Below are positions 55,606-64,000 of a stretch of 64,000 bases of DNA, in pieces. A program made the translations under genes and the position numbers. The notes beneath the pieces were generated by a model. The model had not been told where the DNA came from. It saw only the letters and a program-made list of their open reading frames with translations, and searched no databases. Each line of letters begins with the position of its first letter. Position 1 is the stretch's first letter. Origin of the DNA: a virus; IMG/VR virus record IMGVR_UViG_3300021389_000005, positions 32,001 to 96,000 of that record; one strand, given 5' to 3'.

Positions 55606-57921
55606 ATGAAAAAAGCAAAGGATTTGCTAATCGTTGAAATGTCGTCAAAGGCTCTGAATGTAACATCATCAGAGGAGAAAGATTATGTTCTCGAAGGAGT
55701 ATTTGGTCAAATTGATCAAAAAAATAGAAACAATAGAATCTACACTGAAGATGAGTATGTTCCTCAAATTGAGGCTCTTCAGCAGAAAATTGAATCTTCT
55801 AAATTGTTAGGTGAATTAGATCATCCACAGCAATTTGATACTTCATTGAAAAACGTATCACACATCGTTGAAGAACTTTTTTATGATAAAGAAAGCAAAG
55901 AAGTAAGAGGTAAAATCAGATTATTAGATACTGATGCAGGTAGACAAGCTAAAGCATTAGTTGATGCTGGTGTACCATTACAAATCTCATCAAGAGCAGC
56001 AGGAGCTGTCGAATCAAACGGTAAAGTAAAAATCAAGCAATTATTCACTTATGATCTAGTAGCTGACCCAGGTTTTGAAAATGCAGAACTTAAGAGAGTT
56101 AATGAATCTTATGGATATACAACAGATAATGGTTTGTACATTTATGAAATGGGCGAAGCAAATGTTACCGAAAATATTGAAACTCAAAACACAAACATAG
56201 AAATAAAAGAAAATAAAAACATGGAGGAATTCGTAAAAGCCGAAGACTTTAATAGATATTCTGAATATCTAGCAAAAGAAATTAAAGGCATAAAAGAGTC
56301 AATGGACGCTAAAGCTGCCGATGCTAGTGAAGACATGACTGTAGAAAACATTAAATCTCACAATGATCATATCGCTGATAACGTTAATACATTATCAGAG
56401 TATGTTACTTATTTAGCTGAGAAATTAGACCAATCTATTCAATATTCTGAGCATGTTGCTGAGAAAGCAGATCAAGGTATATCATATACTGAGAACATTG
56501 CTGAGAAAGTAGATCAAGGCATTCAATATTCTGAGCATTTAGCTGAGTCTATTACTAAAGTAAAAGATTTCGCTAACTATTTAGCAGAATCTCATAACGA
56601 AGGTGCTGATTCATCAGCTAATCTTTTAGGTTATGTAGAATATTTAAGAGAAAACTTACAATCTATTTCAGAATACGCAGAATACATTGCAGAATCAATC
56701 AACGAAAACTTAGTAGTTGAAGATGGTGCAGGTGTAGATGCAGAAGATATGGAAGACGAAACTGTTGATGAAACGCCAGACGTTGTTGATGGTGACGGAG
56801 AAGAGTACGCAAAAGCTGACGATAGAGCAGAAGATAATTCAGACGAATTAGAAGATGAAATCGAAGCAGGTGAAGAAGGTGCTAAAGAAGTTACTGAAGA
56901 CGAAGGTGAAGAAGCTGGTAAAGAAGTTGAAGAAATCGAAGATGATGCAGCTGAAGAGCTTGAAGAAGACAAAGCTGAAGAAATTGAAGACGACATTAAC
57001 GATAAAGGTGAAGTTGAAGATCTAGACGACAAAGTAGAAGATACTGAAGAAGAAGTTGAAAATGCAGAAGATCACGTAGACGAAGAAGACGAAGCTGCTG
57101 AAGAAGAATCTGAAGAATCTGAAGAAGCTGAAGGCGAAGAAGCAACTGAAGAAGTTGAAGAGTCTGAAGAAGGTGCAAAAGATTTAGAAGAAATTGAAGG
57201 TGAAGAAGTTGAAGCTGGTGATAATTCAGAAGAAGGCGACGTTGATGCACATGAAGCTGGAGAAGAAGCTGAAGATTTAGAATCTGATTTAGATAACAGT
57301 GATCAAGAAATTCCACCAACAGGTAATACTGACGAAGTAGAATCTGGTGAAGGTGAAGAAGAAGCAGAAGGTGAAGATGGAGCACAAGATCCATTAGAAG
57401 CTTATAAAAGTGAAATCTCTGCAAAACTAAACAATTTGATTGAAACTGCTCAAATTAAAGAAAATGAAAATCCATCTTTCTTTAGAGTTGTATCATCATC
57501 TACAATAGAAAAGTACAATGCTCTTAACGAGGACGCTAAAACAGAAGTTAGATCAGCAGTATCTAAAAGAGGTTTTATGACTGAAAGAGAAATTACATCT
57601 ATTATTGAATCATCTCAATTAATCGTTGAGAATAAAAACGCTGAACCATTTTTCTTAGCGGCTATGCCACTAGAATATAAAGAAACATGGACAAACTTAA
57701 GCGAAGCTAAGCAAAATCAAGTTGCTGCACAATCAAAGTATCATACTTTAAATACTGAGTATCAAGTAAGAAACTTCTGGCAAACTAGAGATCTTAGAGA
57801 AACTAAAGTTGATTTAGATAAAGTAGCAATGGTTACAGAATCCAAAAAAGAAGACAAGCCAACGCTTGGATATGACGCTGGAATCTACGCTGATGCTATG
57901 AAGAAAAGATTCAAGAAATAA
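55606..57921 (+). CDS. gp21: Prohead protease (gp21) fused to a scaffold (gp22-like) region
   Basis: EGVF.Q, NRNNRIY, LGELDHP, VSH, ISSRAAG, YDLVADPG; then about 570 aa of coiled-coil repeats and a D/E-rich tract; no separate gp22 before gp23. Confidence 0.88.
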   Translation: MKKAKDLLIVEMSSKALNVTSSEEKDYVLEGVFGQIDQKNRNNRIYTEDEYVPQIEALQQKIESSKLLGELDHPQQFDTSLKNVSHIVEELFYDKESKEVRGKIRLLDTDAGRQAKALVDAGVPLQISSRAAGAVESNGKVKIKQLFTYDLVADPGFENAELKRVNESYGYTTDNGLYIYEMGEANVTENIETQNTNIEIKENKNMEEFVKAEDFNRYSEYLAKEIKGIKESMDAKAADASEDMTVENIKSHNDHIADNVNTLSEYVTYLAEKLDQSIQYSEHVAEKADQGISYTENIAEKVDQGIQYSEHLAESITKVKDFANYLAESHNEGADSSANLLGYVEYLRENLQSISEYAEYIAESINENLVVEDGAGVDAEDMEDETVDETPDVVDGDGEEYAKADDRAEDNSDELEDEIEAGEEGAKEVTEDEGEEAGKEVEEIEDDAAEELEEDKAEEIEDDINDKGEVEDLDDKVEDTEEEVENAEDHVDEEDEAAEEESEESEEAEGEEATEEVEESEEGAKDLEEIEGEEVEAGDNSEEGDVDAHEAGEEAEDLESDLDNSDQEIPPTGNTDEVESGEGEEEAEGEDGAQDPLEAYKSEISAKLNNLIETAQIKENENPSFFRVVSSSTIEKYNALNEDAKTEVRSAVSKRGFMTEREITSIIESSQLIVENKNAEPFFLAAMPLEYKETWTNLSEAKQNQVAAQSKYHTLNTEYQVRNFWQTRDLRETKVDLDKVAMVTESKKEDKPTLGYDAGIYADAMKKRFKK
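56710..57400 (+). repeat. Low-complexity Asp/Glu-rich tract (GAA/GAT-rich)
   Basis: About 230 aa of mostly E/D/A/G. Confidence 0.85.
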
Positions 57922-57924
57922 AAA

Positions 57925-57932
57925 GATATATA
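57925..57932 (+). promoter_or_regulatory. Putative late promoter GATATATA (representative copy, gp23)
   Basis: RATATATA also at 6658, 12675, 13247, 18843, 23888, 36889, 49674, 50774, 53522, 55160, 55575 and 59530, nearly all upstream of structural or late genes. Confidence 0.7.
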
Positions 57933-58024
57933 ATAATATAATCGACGAAACGGGTGACAGAAGCAGAAAACCCAAGCATGTCGAGTTTAACTATAAACAC
58001 AAACAAAAAAAGAACATTTACAAA

Positions 58025-59446
58025 ATGGCAAATTTAATTAATGAATCTGAAATCAGAGGTACTTGGGCTCCTATTATTGAGGAAGCAACAGGGATCAATG
58101 AATCAGAAAAGCTAGCTTGGATGTCGACTTACTGTCACAATCACAAGCTTTATGAAGACGCTCAAATGATGGCGTTAAACCCAAATAGCCCAGGATCTAT
58201 GAATATAGGTGGTATGGGTAGTGTATCTTTTCCTTCACAAGTTGGAAACGGTGCCGATGTAGGAACTAACGGTTCTGGTGACAAGTCTCCAACGTTATTA
58301 CCTTTAGCAATGCAAGTTGCTGCACAAACTATCGCACTAGACTTAGTACCAGTTGTACCAATGGCTGGACCAATGGGTCTTTTATCTTACCTAGACTTCG
58401 TATACGAAGGAGGTAGATTAGATGGTGGTGTTGCTCCAACTTACATTAAGTCAGAAAGTACTGACGGTGCAGCTGAAGCAGACGGTTACAAATTCACTAA
58501 ATTAGACAAAGCATCAAGAATTGATGGTTTTGCTATCTATGAAGTTGAAGAGACAGGTGTACACGCTGGTACTTTACTAGCTGCATTCGAAGCAGGTACT
58601 GCTGCAGATAAAGGTATCGAATTAGTAAAAGCGTTAGAAGATCACATTCCAGGATTCTCAGGTGCAACAGGTGATACTGTTAAGCCAATGTCAAGAGAAG
58701 TTGGTGAAAGAACTCCGGACAAATTAATGGGTCTATCTTTATTCTCTAAAAGTGTTGCTGCTGAAACTTTCCAAGTTGCTGCTGCAGTTACTAGAGAGCA
58801 AGTACAAGATCTTAAACAATTCGGTGTTGACGCTGTTGCTCAAGTAGAAGCAGTTTTAACTAACGAATTGACTCAGTCTATTAACCAACACATCTTAGCA
58901 GAAATGAGAAGATTAGGTGGTGTATCTCCAGCTTCTGCTGAAATGACTGCTGTAACATTGGATTATGATATGGTTGGTGGAAACACTTTCGGTGATCATA
59001 ACAGAAGAATCTTAACATACATCTTAGCTCACGCTAACTTTATTGCTAATAAAGGTAGAAGAGGTGCTGGTAACTTCGCAGTTGTTTCTGCAAAGGTTGC
59101 TTCAGTATTACAAGGTGTTGCAGGTTTCGTACCTAACCCAATGGCTAATACAATTAACCAAGTTGCAGGTGCAATCTATCCATTAGGTTCAGTTGCAGGT
59201 ATCAACATTTACACTGATCCAACGCAAGCGTTTGAATCAGGTGAAATTTTAGTTGGTAGAAAAGGTGACGGTAATTCTCCTGGACTAGTATTCATGCCAT
59301 ATTTAATGGCTGAATCAGTTCAAACTATCGCAGAAGGTACTATGGCTCCGAAAGTAGCTGTAAAATCTAGATATGCTTTAGTTGAGGCTGGATTCCATCC
59401 TGAAACTCAATATTCTTCATTCGAAGTGACTGGTGTACAACTATAA
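58025..59446 (+). CDS. gp23: Major capsid protein
   Basis: WAPII, DLVPVVPMAGPMG, K.V.AET, EQVQDLK, L.NE...SIN, RRGAGNF, FMPY, PKVAVKSRY. Confidence 0.93.
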   Translation: MANLINESEIRGTWAPIIEEATGINESEKLAWMSTYCHNHKLYEDAQMMALNPNSPGSMNIGGMGSVSFPSQVGNGADVGTNGSGDKSPTLLPLAMQVAAQTIALDLVPVVPMAGPMGLLSYLDFVYEGGRLDGGVAPTYIKSESTDGAAEADGYKFTKLDKASRIDGFAIYEVEETGVHAGTLLAAFEAGTAADKGIELVKALEDHIPGFSGATGDTVKPMSREVGERTPDKLMGLSLFSKSVAAETFQVAAAVTREQVQDLKQFGVDAVAQVEAVLTNELTQSINQHILAEMRRLGGVSPASAEMTAVTLDYDMVGGNTFGDHNRRILTYILAHANFIANKGRRGAGNFAVVSAKVASVLQGVAGFVPNPMANTINQVAGAIYPLGSVAGINIYTDPTQAFESGEILVGRKGDGNSPGLVFMPYLMAESVQTIAEGTMAPKVAVKSRYALVEAGFHPETQYSSFEVTGVQL

Positions 59447-59471
59447 TCTTTGAATAGCAATATTTAATATT

Positions 59472-59502
59472 AAAAGGCCCTCTTTTTGAGGGTCTTTTTT
59501 TT
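59472..59502 (+). terminator. Intrinsic terminator after gp23
   Basis: AAAAGGCCCTC-ttttt-GAGGGTCTTTT plus T run. Confidence 0.85.
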
Positions 59503-59567
59503 GCTTTAAACTTTAGGCTTATTTAAGAAGATATATAAACCATAGACATTTTAAAAAATACACATAA

Positions 59568-61697
59568 ATGATGAAACTTAATAAAAAAATCATGCTGCTT
59601 GAAGATTTCGCAGGAACTGCAATGGACTCTTCAAATAATACAGCGCCAGCTTCTAAAACCGTAACAGGTTCAGTTGCCGTTGATAAGACTAATGTTAAAT
59701 CAGACGATGCTGTTAAAAAAGCAGAAGGTGAAAAAGTAAGAGCCGACGTTATTAAAGACGTAGATGCAATCCTAAATAATTTATCTAAATTATCAAACCA
59801 GATCAAAGAACATTATATGATCAATGAAGAGGTTTCTGTGGAAAGCGTTTTAACTTCTCTTAAATCTTCTTATGCTATCGCTAAATGTGAAACTAAACTA
59901 GGAAAGTATAAAAAGATTGCATTGATGGCAAATAGCAATCAACAAGCTGCAGACAATATGCAGGCTGAATTTAAAACAATGACTAAGTTTGATAAGAAAA
60001 TAGAAGCAGCAGAAGGTGAAAAAAAGGTAAAACTTAAAGAAGCTAGAGCCAATGCTAAAACAGAATTAGACCATTCTAAAGATGTTAACGCTGAAAAATT
60101 AAAAAATGCTCTTAGCGAATTCGAAACTGAATTAGGAGAATCTGAAGCAAACATAGCTAAAGACAGTCCTTTGGGAAAGGTATATTTTAAAAGAAAACAA
60201 GTTTTAAAGAATATGGTCGCAGAAGAAGGTTTAGAGAATAAGGCGAAGGTACTTAAAGCTATGGGTAAAAAAGATGCTGCACTAGCTGCCGCAGGAGAAT
60301 TAAAACAAGTTCAACAAAAAGGAAAAGATTTAGCTAAAGCAATTGCAGATGGTGAAAAAGAAGCATCTGACGATCTTAAAGATTTAGAAGGTGTTAAAGC
60401 ATTCCTTCCTGAAATTGAAGCTATTCAAAAAACTTCGGTTGCTATAAAGAAAATTGGAGATCAAGCAGACGCACATATAAATAAATTAAAACCTAAGAAG
60501 GAGGAAGAAAAGGAAGAAACACCAGAAGAAAAAACAGCTAGAGAAGAAAAAGAAGCAGCGGCTAAAACAGATGATGTTAAAACAGATGATGGTAAAACAG
60601 ACGATGGTAAAACAGGTGAAACAGATGATGCAGCGGCTAAAGAAGCTGCTGAAGCAGAGGTTACTAAAGCTAAAGCTGATTATGATAATGTAAAAGACGG
60701 CGAAGATGAAAAGGCCAAATTACAAGCAGAGATTAAATTTAAACAAGCACAGCAGAAAAAAGCTAAGCTAGAAGGCGACGATGAATTATATCAAGGTTTA
60801 GGAGATGACATCGGAGAGATAATGAAAAAGATAGAAGACGCTGGTAAAGTAAAAGAAGAATCATTAGACATAGACAATGTTGTAGAAAATGCTAAAGTAG
60901 AAGATCTTTATTCTGCGGCAAAAGGTGCTAATGATGAAGGAGCTTTAAACAAAGCTAAAGAATTAGCATCATCTTTAAAGGCAGCTGCAGCTGAAGAACT
61001 TGCTGCAAAAACTGAATTAGCAAACAAAATTTCAGGAAAAGAAGTTCCTAAAACTATTATAATTCTAGCAGGTGGAGATGATGAGTCTGCAAAAGAAGGT
61101 GAGGATGGCTACACATTAGGTAATTTTATTGACAAATATGGAGGTGGATCTTCCATAGTCGGTAAAGAAGATTATTCACCCATTAAAATAGCAGATGAAA
61201 TTTTAGCTAGCGTAGATGACGCAATTGCAAGTGCTACCGGTAAATCAGAAGACGACACTACCACCGATGATGACACTAAAGGTGACAATAAGAAAAATCT
61301 AGGTGCTGATGGTGAAAAACTAGGCGATGAAGATAACGATGATAAAAGAAAAGCGTTTGATGATCAAATAGAAGCGCTTACTGCAAAAATTAAAAGTGCA
61401 GAAGATAAATTAGCAACTGGAAAAGATGGAGATAAAGAAATTCCAGAAAAAGCTAAAGAAGGTATTAAAAAGAATATTGAATCATTAAAGGCTAAAATAG
61501 AAGATTTTAAAACTAAAAAATCTGAAGTAGGAGAAGCATATGATACTGTAATGTTAGATATGAAATCTCTTGAAGAAGAGATCGATACTTTGATAGATGA
61601 AATGTTTACAGTTGTAAATGAATCAGAAGAACTACCTAAGAAAGTTAAGCTTTATGTGGGTATGTCAATTGCTGATAGATTTAAAGCATTAATGTAA
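59568..61697 (+). CDS. Lys/Glu/Ala-rich coiled-coil protein, probable internal head protein
   Basis: KIMLLEDF near the start; INEE, KEES, VVEN, VGEA and VNES sites; KTDDG repeats; late motif at 59530. Confidence 0.5.
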   Translation: MMKLNKKIMLLEDFAGTAMDSSNNTAPASKTVTGSVAVDKTNVKSDDAVKKAEGEKVRADVIKDVDAILNNLSKLSNQIKEHYMINEEVSVESVLTSLKSSYAIAKCETKLGKYKKIALMANSNQQAADNMQAEFKTMTKFDKKIEAAEGEKKVKLKEARANAKTELDHSKDVNAEKLKNALSEFETELGESEANIAKDSPLGKVYFKRKQVLKNMVAEEGLENKAKVLKAMGKKDAALAAAGELKQVQQKGKDLAKAIADGEKEASDDLKDLEGVKAFLPEIEAIQKTSVAIKKIGDQADAHINKLKPKKEEEKEETPEEKTAREEKEAAAKTDDVKTDDGKTDDGKTGETDDAAAKEAAEAEVTKAKADYDNVKDGEDEKAKLQAEIKFKQAQQKKAKLEGDDELYQGLGDDIGEIMKKIEDAGKVKEESLDIDNVVENAKVEDLYSAAKGANDEGALNKAKELASSLKAAAAEELAAKTELANKISGKEVPKTIIILAGGDDESAKEGEDGYTLGNFIDKYGGGSSIVGKEDYSPIKIADEILASVDDAIASATGKSEDDTTTDDDTKGDNKKNLGADGEKLGDEDNDDKRKAFDDQIEALTAKIKSAEDKLATGKDGDKEIPEKAKEGIKKNIESLKAKIEDFKTKKSEVGEAYDTVMLDMKSLEEEIDTLIDEMFTVVNESEELPKKVKLYVGMSIADRFKALM

Positions 61698-61699
61698 GA

Positions 61700-62200
61700 T
61701 TAAAGAGAGCGCTTAGCGTTCTTTTTAGCCAACTTAAGAAACTCCTCTCGTTCTGCGAGCAGGAGTTTTTTACATTCTTTACGAAACTCAATTGAAGATT
61801 TAAGTATACGACTATCAACCATCGGCGCATCGAGTGCTTCGTAATATTCTGGATGAACAAAGTTTTCTAAATCAAAGTTCATAAATTTAGACTTAATTGG
61901 TTTTAGACTTATCGCACAGATCCAGTCCACTGTATTATAAGATCGATGCAATGTCTCAATATCGACGACCTCGTTGGTGCTATGATCCCAATATAATTTT
62001 AAACTACTAGCAGATCTATTGGTAGTTTTTTCCATTCTTAAAATACATCCTATAAATTGATCATCTTTAGACCATTTCTTAATGTGTCTATGTTCTATTA
62101 AGAATTTGCGATGATGTTTCTTAAGACAACCCAATATAATCCCATATCTGTTTCTAGGGTTTGGTCCATTGGTTCTTACTATTTTAGGTGGTGTTGCCAT
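61700..62200 (-). CDS. Basic hypothetical protein; the only credible minus-strand gene
   Basis: 166 aa filling an otherwise empty gap, convergent with 59568-61697; GATAAATA lies 6 nt upstream of the ATG on the minus strand. Confidence 0.7.
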   Translation of the reverse strand: MATPPKIVRTNGPNPRNRYGIILGCLKKHHRKFLIEHRHIKKWSKDDQFIGCILRMEKTTNRSASSLKLYWDHSTNEVVDIETLHRSYNTVDWICAISLKPIKSKFMNFDLENFVHPEYYEALDAPMVDSRILKSSIEFRKECKKLLLAEREEFLKLAKKNAKRSL

Positions 62201-62217
62201 ATATTATATTTATCTTT

Positions 62218-62246
62218 GAAACTTTAACGCGGTTAAGGTGTATAAT
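62218..62246 (+). promoter_or_regulatory. GAAAC-N18-TATAAT promoter for gp44
   Basis: Motif match. Confidence 0.65.
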
Positions 62247-62263
62247 TACCAAAACATACATAT

Positions 62264-63220
62264 ATGCAATCAATAAATCAACTCTTTACAGAGAAGTATC
62301 GTCCAAAAAACTTAGATGATTTGATCTTACCAGATCGAGTAATGGCAAAATTCAAAGATGGATTAGTCCAAAACATGTTATTGTCAGGTTCTCCTGGAAC
62401 TGGTAAAACTTCATGTGCAAAGGCAATTGTAAATCAATTTGAATTACCGTACCTTTATATAAATGCATCTACAGATACTTCAGTTGATGTTATTCGTACC
62501 AGAATTACAGATTTTTGTTCAACTGTTTCTATTATGGATAAGCCTGGAATGTTTAAGGTAGTAATACTTGATGAGGTTGATGGTGTATCAGATCAATTCT
62601 TTAAAGCATTACGTGCTACAATGGAAACATTTGCATCTAATTCTAGATTTATTGCAACGTGTAATTACATTAATAAATTACCAGATCCTATTTTATCTAG
62701 GTTTGAAGTTATTAACTTTGACTTTGATAAAGAAGAAGAATCTGAATTAACTAAGAAATATATTAAAAGAGTTTATCAGATATGTGGAAATGAAGATATG
62801 ACAATTGAAAAGCCAGCATTGGTAGAATTTGTCAGACGTAATTTTCCAGATTTAAGAACTACACTTAATAAATTACAAGGATATAAAACTCAAGGTACTT
62901 CTAATATTACAGTAGAAGATGTTAAGAAGTTTAATTCTGTTTATAAAGATGTATTCGAGCTTATATTTAATGAGACTGATCCTGCTAAAAATTACCAGTT
63001 ACTTGTTAGTAATTATGGAAATAAAGTAGATGATGTTTTACAAACATTAGGCGAAGAATTTGTTGAATATATACAACAAGAGAAATTACAACATGTTAAA
63101 CACATTCCTCAAATTATCATTACCGTTGCTAAACATCAAGCACAAAGAGTACATGTTATTGATCCAGTGATTACAATGTTAAGTTGTGTATATGAAATAC
63201 AATCTATTGTTAACTCTTAA
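62264..63220 (+). CDS. gp44: Clamp loader AAA+ subunit
   Basis: EKYRPK, GSPGTGKT, INAS, ILDEVD, ALR..ME, TCNY, SRF, FPDLR. Confidence 0.93.
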   Translation: MQSINQLFTEKYRPKNLDDLILPDRVMAKFKDGLVQNMLLSGSPGTGKTSCAKAIVNQFELPYLYINASTDTSVDVIRTRITDFCSTVSIMDKPGMFKVVILDEVDGVSDQFFKALRATMETFASNSRFIATCNYINKLPDPILSRFEVINFDFDKEEESELTKKYIKRVYQICGNEDMTIEKPALVEFVRRNFPDLRTTLNKLQGYKTQGTSNITVEDVKKFNSVYKDVFELIFNETDPAKNYQLLVSNYGNKVDDVLQTLGEEFVEYIQQEKLQHVKHIPQIIITVAKHQAQRVHVIDPVITMLSCVYEIQSIVNS

Positions 63221-63235
63221 AAATAAGTTAGTATA

Positions 63236-63272
63236 AATTTTTTATTGTCATTTATTTTTAGTATATTGGCAG
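63236..63272 (+). promoter_or_regulatory. Putative early promoter, copy 3
   Basis: AATTTTTTATTGTCATTTATTTTTAGTATATTGGCAG aligns with the copies at 27854 and 28293. Confidence 0.6.
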
Positions 63273-63292
63273 TAGATAAAAGAAATAAAGAT

Positions 63293-64000
63293 ATGAAAGT
63301 GGGAAAACACACATTATTGATTGACGGTAACTATTTTGTATTTAGTAGATTATTTGTCCTACCTAAACCAAAGAATGGCGAATTGCTATTAGGTGATGAT
63401 AAGCAAAAATCTCAATTTATGCGAAAATTGGCCATTGACTTTGCATCAGAGATGCGTAAGTTAAAAATGTTCGTAGATGACGTTGTATTAACGGTTGATT
63501 CTAAATCGTGGCGTAAGGATCTATATCCTGAGGCAGATTACAAAGGCACTAGAAAACAAAGTTCATCTGTAGATTGGACTGCAGTTTACAGTGTATATGA
63601 AGAATTCCAAAAAATTGTTGCCAAAAAAGGTGTTACTGTACATCAAATACAAGGCGCAGAAGCAGATGATGTTATCTTCGGATGGTCTACGATGCTTAAT
63701 GCACGTGGTAAATCATGTATTGTGTGGTCTGGTGATAAAGATCTTATTCAGTTAGTTAACTACTCTAACACTAATGACGCACATACATTATGGTACTACA
63801 ATACTAGAAAACAGTTGTATGCATACAAAGGATTCGAACAAGATATGGCAACCTCAGCCGCTGCAGATTTATCTACCGATGATATGTTATTTAACATGGG
63901 CGGACAAACAATGCTTAGAGACAATTATCAAGGAGATATTGTCGGTTGGATTAATGCTAATAAAATTTCTATAGAAGAGATTGACTGTGACGAGTTTATT
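63293..64000 (+). CDS. rnh: T4 RNase H / 5'-3' exonuclease (FEN family), 3'-truncated; not in the ORF track
   Basis: MKVGKHTLLIDGN...VDSKSWRKDLYP..YKGTR...GAEADDVI...SGDKDLIQL. Confidence 0.9.
   Translation, partial: MKVGKHTLLIDGNYFVFSRLFVLPKPKNGELLLGDDKQKSQFMRKLAIDFASEMRKLKMFVDDVVLTVDSKSWRKDLYPEADYKGTRKQSSSVDWTAVYSVYEEFQKIVAKKGVTVHQIQGAEADDVIFGWSTMLNARGKSCIVWSGDKDLIQLVNYSNTNDAHTLWYYNTRKQLYAYKGFEQDMATSAAADLSTDDMLFNMGGQTMLRDNYQGDIVGWINANKISIEEIDCDEFI

Noticed and set aside
57941-57985. Hammerhead ribozyme (contains CGAAAC)
   Set aside because: No CTGAnGA core is present.
2872-60154. Numerous minus-strand and alternate-frame ORFs in the track (e.g. 2872-3408, 56631-57032, 56996-57424, 18217-18558)
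   Set aside because: They lie wholly within well-supported plus-strand genes, and their Ser/Leu/Phe-rich composition mirrors the sense codon bias; shadow ORFs.
63774-63974. 66-aa ORF in the track
   Set aside because: Out-of-frame overlap with the RNase H gene that starts at 63293 and runs off the window.
1-64000. Stop-codon reassignment and tRNA genes
   Set aside because: Core genes are full length in the standard code, with TAA, TAG and TGA all used as stops; no cloverleaf with a T-loop was recognised in the short intergenic gaps (tRNAscan not run).

Overview
AT-rich, gene-dense segment of a large T4-like (Tevenvirinae/Kyanoviridae-grade, divergent) myovirus genome. Almost all genes are on the + strand and translate with the standard code. 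The host is most likely Bacteroidota/Flavobacteriia (inference): there is a BACON-domain fibre, an outer-membrane beta-barrel with an ANA|Q signal peptide, A-rich translation starts without Shine-Dalgarno sites, and early promoters resembling TAnnTTTG. Layout: tail/baseplate and lysis genes (1-12.7 kb); RuvC, gp32, gp61, UvsY, UvsW (13.6-18.9 kb); a block of proteins with a T4 capsid-targeting-like peptide and many (L/I/V)xE sites, probably head-packaged, prohead-protease-processed (poly)proteins, including a KxDG ligase-like protein and a HIGH nucleotidyltransferase (18.9-27.8 kb); small early genes; a DNA hypermodification cluster (DUF6378-like, SGNH-like, divergent CitG, two amino-acid:DNA-transferase paralogues, PLP enzyme, dUTPase-like; 29.4-35.4 kb); a DNA polymerase B split into two genes about 4.6 kb apart around nrdB, nrdA, an OMP gene and the clamp; UvsX, 2OG-Fe(II) oxygenase, gp41, gp33-like, gp47/46; gp15, gp55, gp4, gp2, gp20, a gp21-gp22 fusion and gp23; gp44; and RNase H. 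Three distinct promoter motif classes and several structured intergenic RNAs are visible. All family calls come from motif recognition by eye; no database searches were run.
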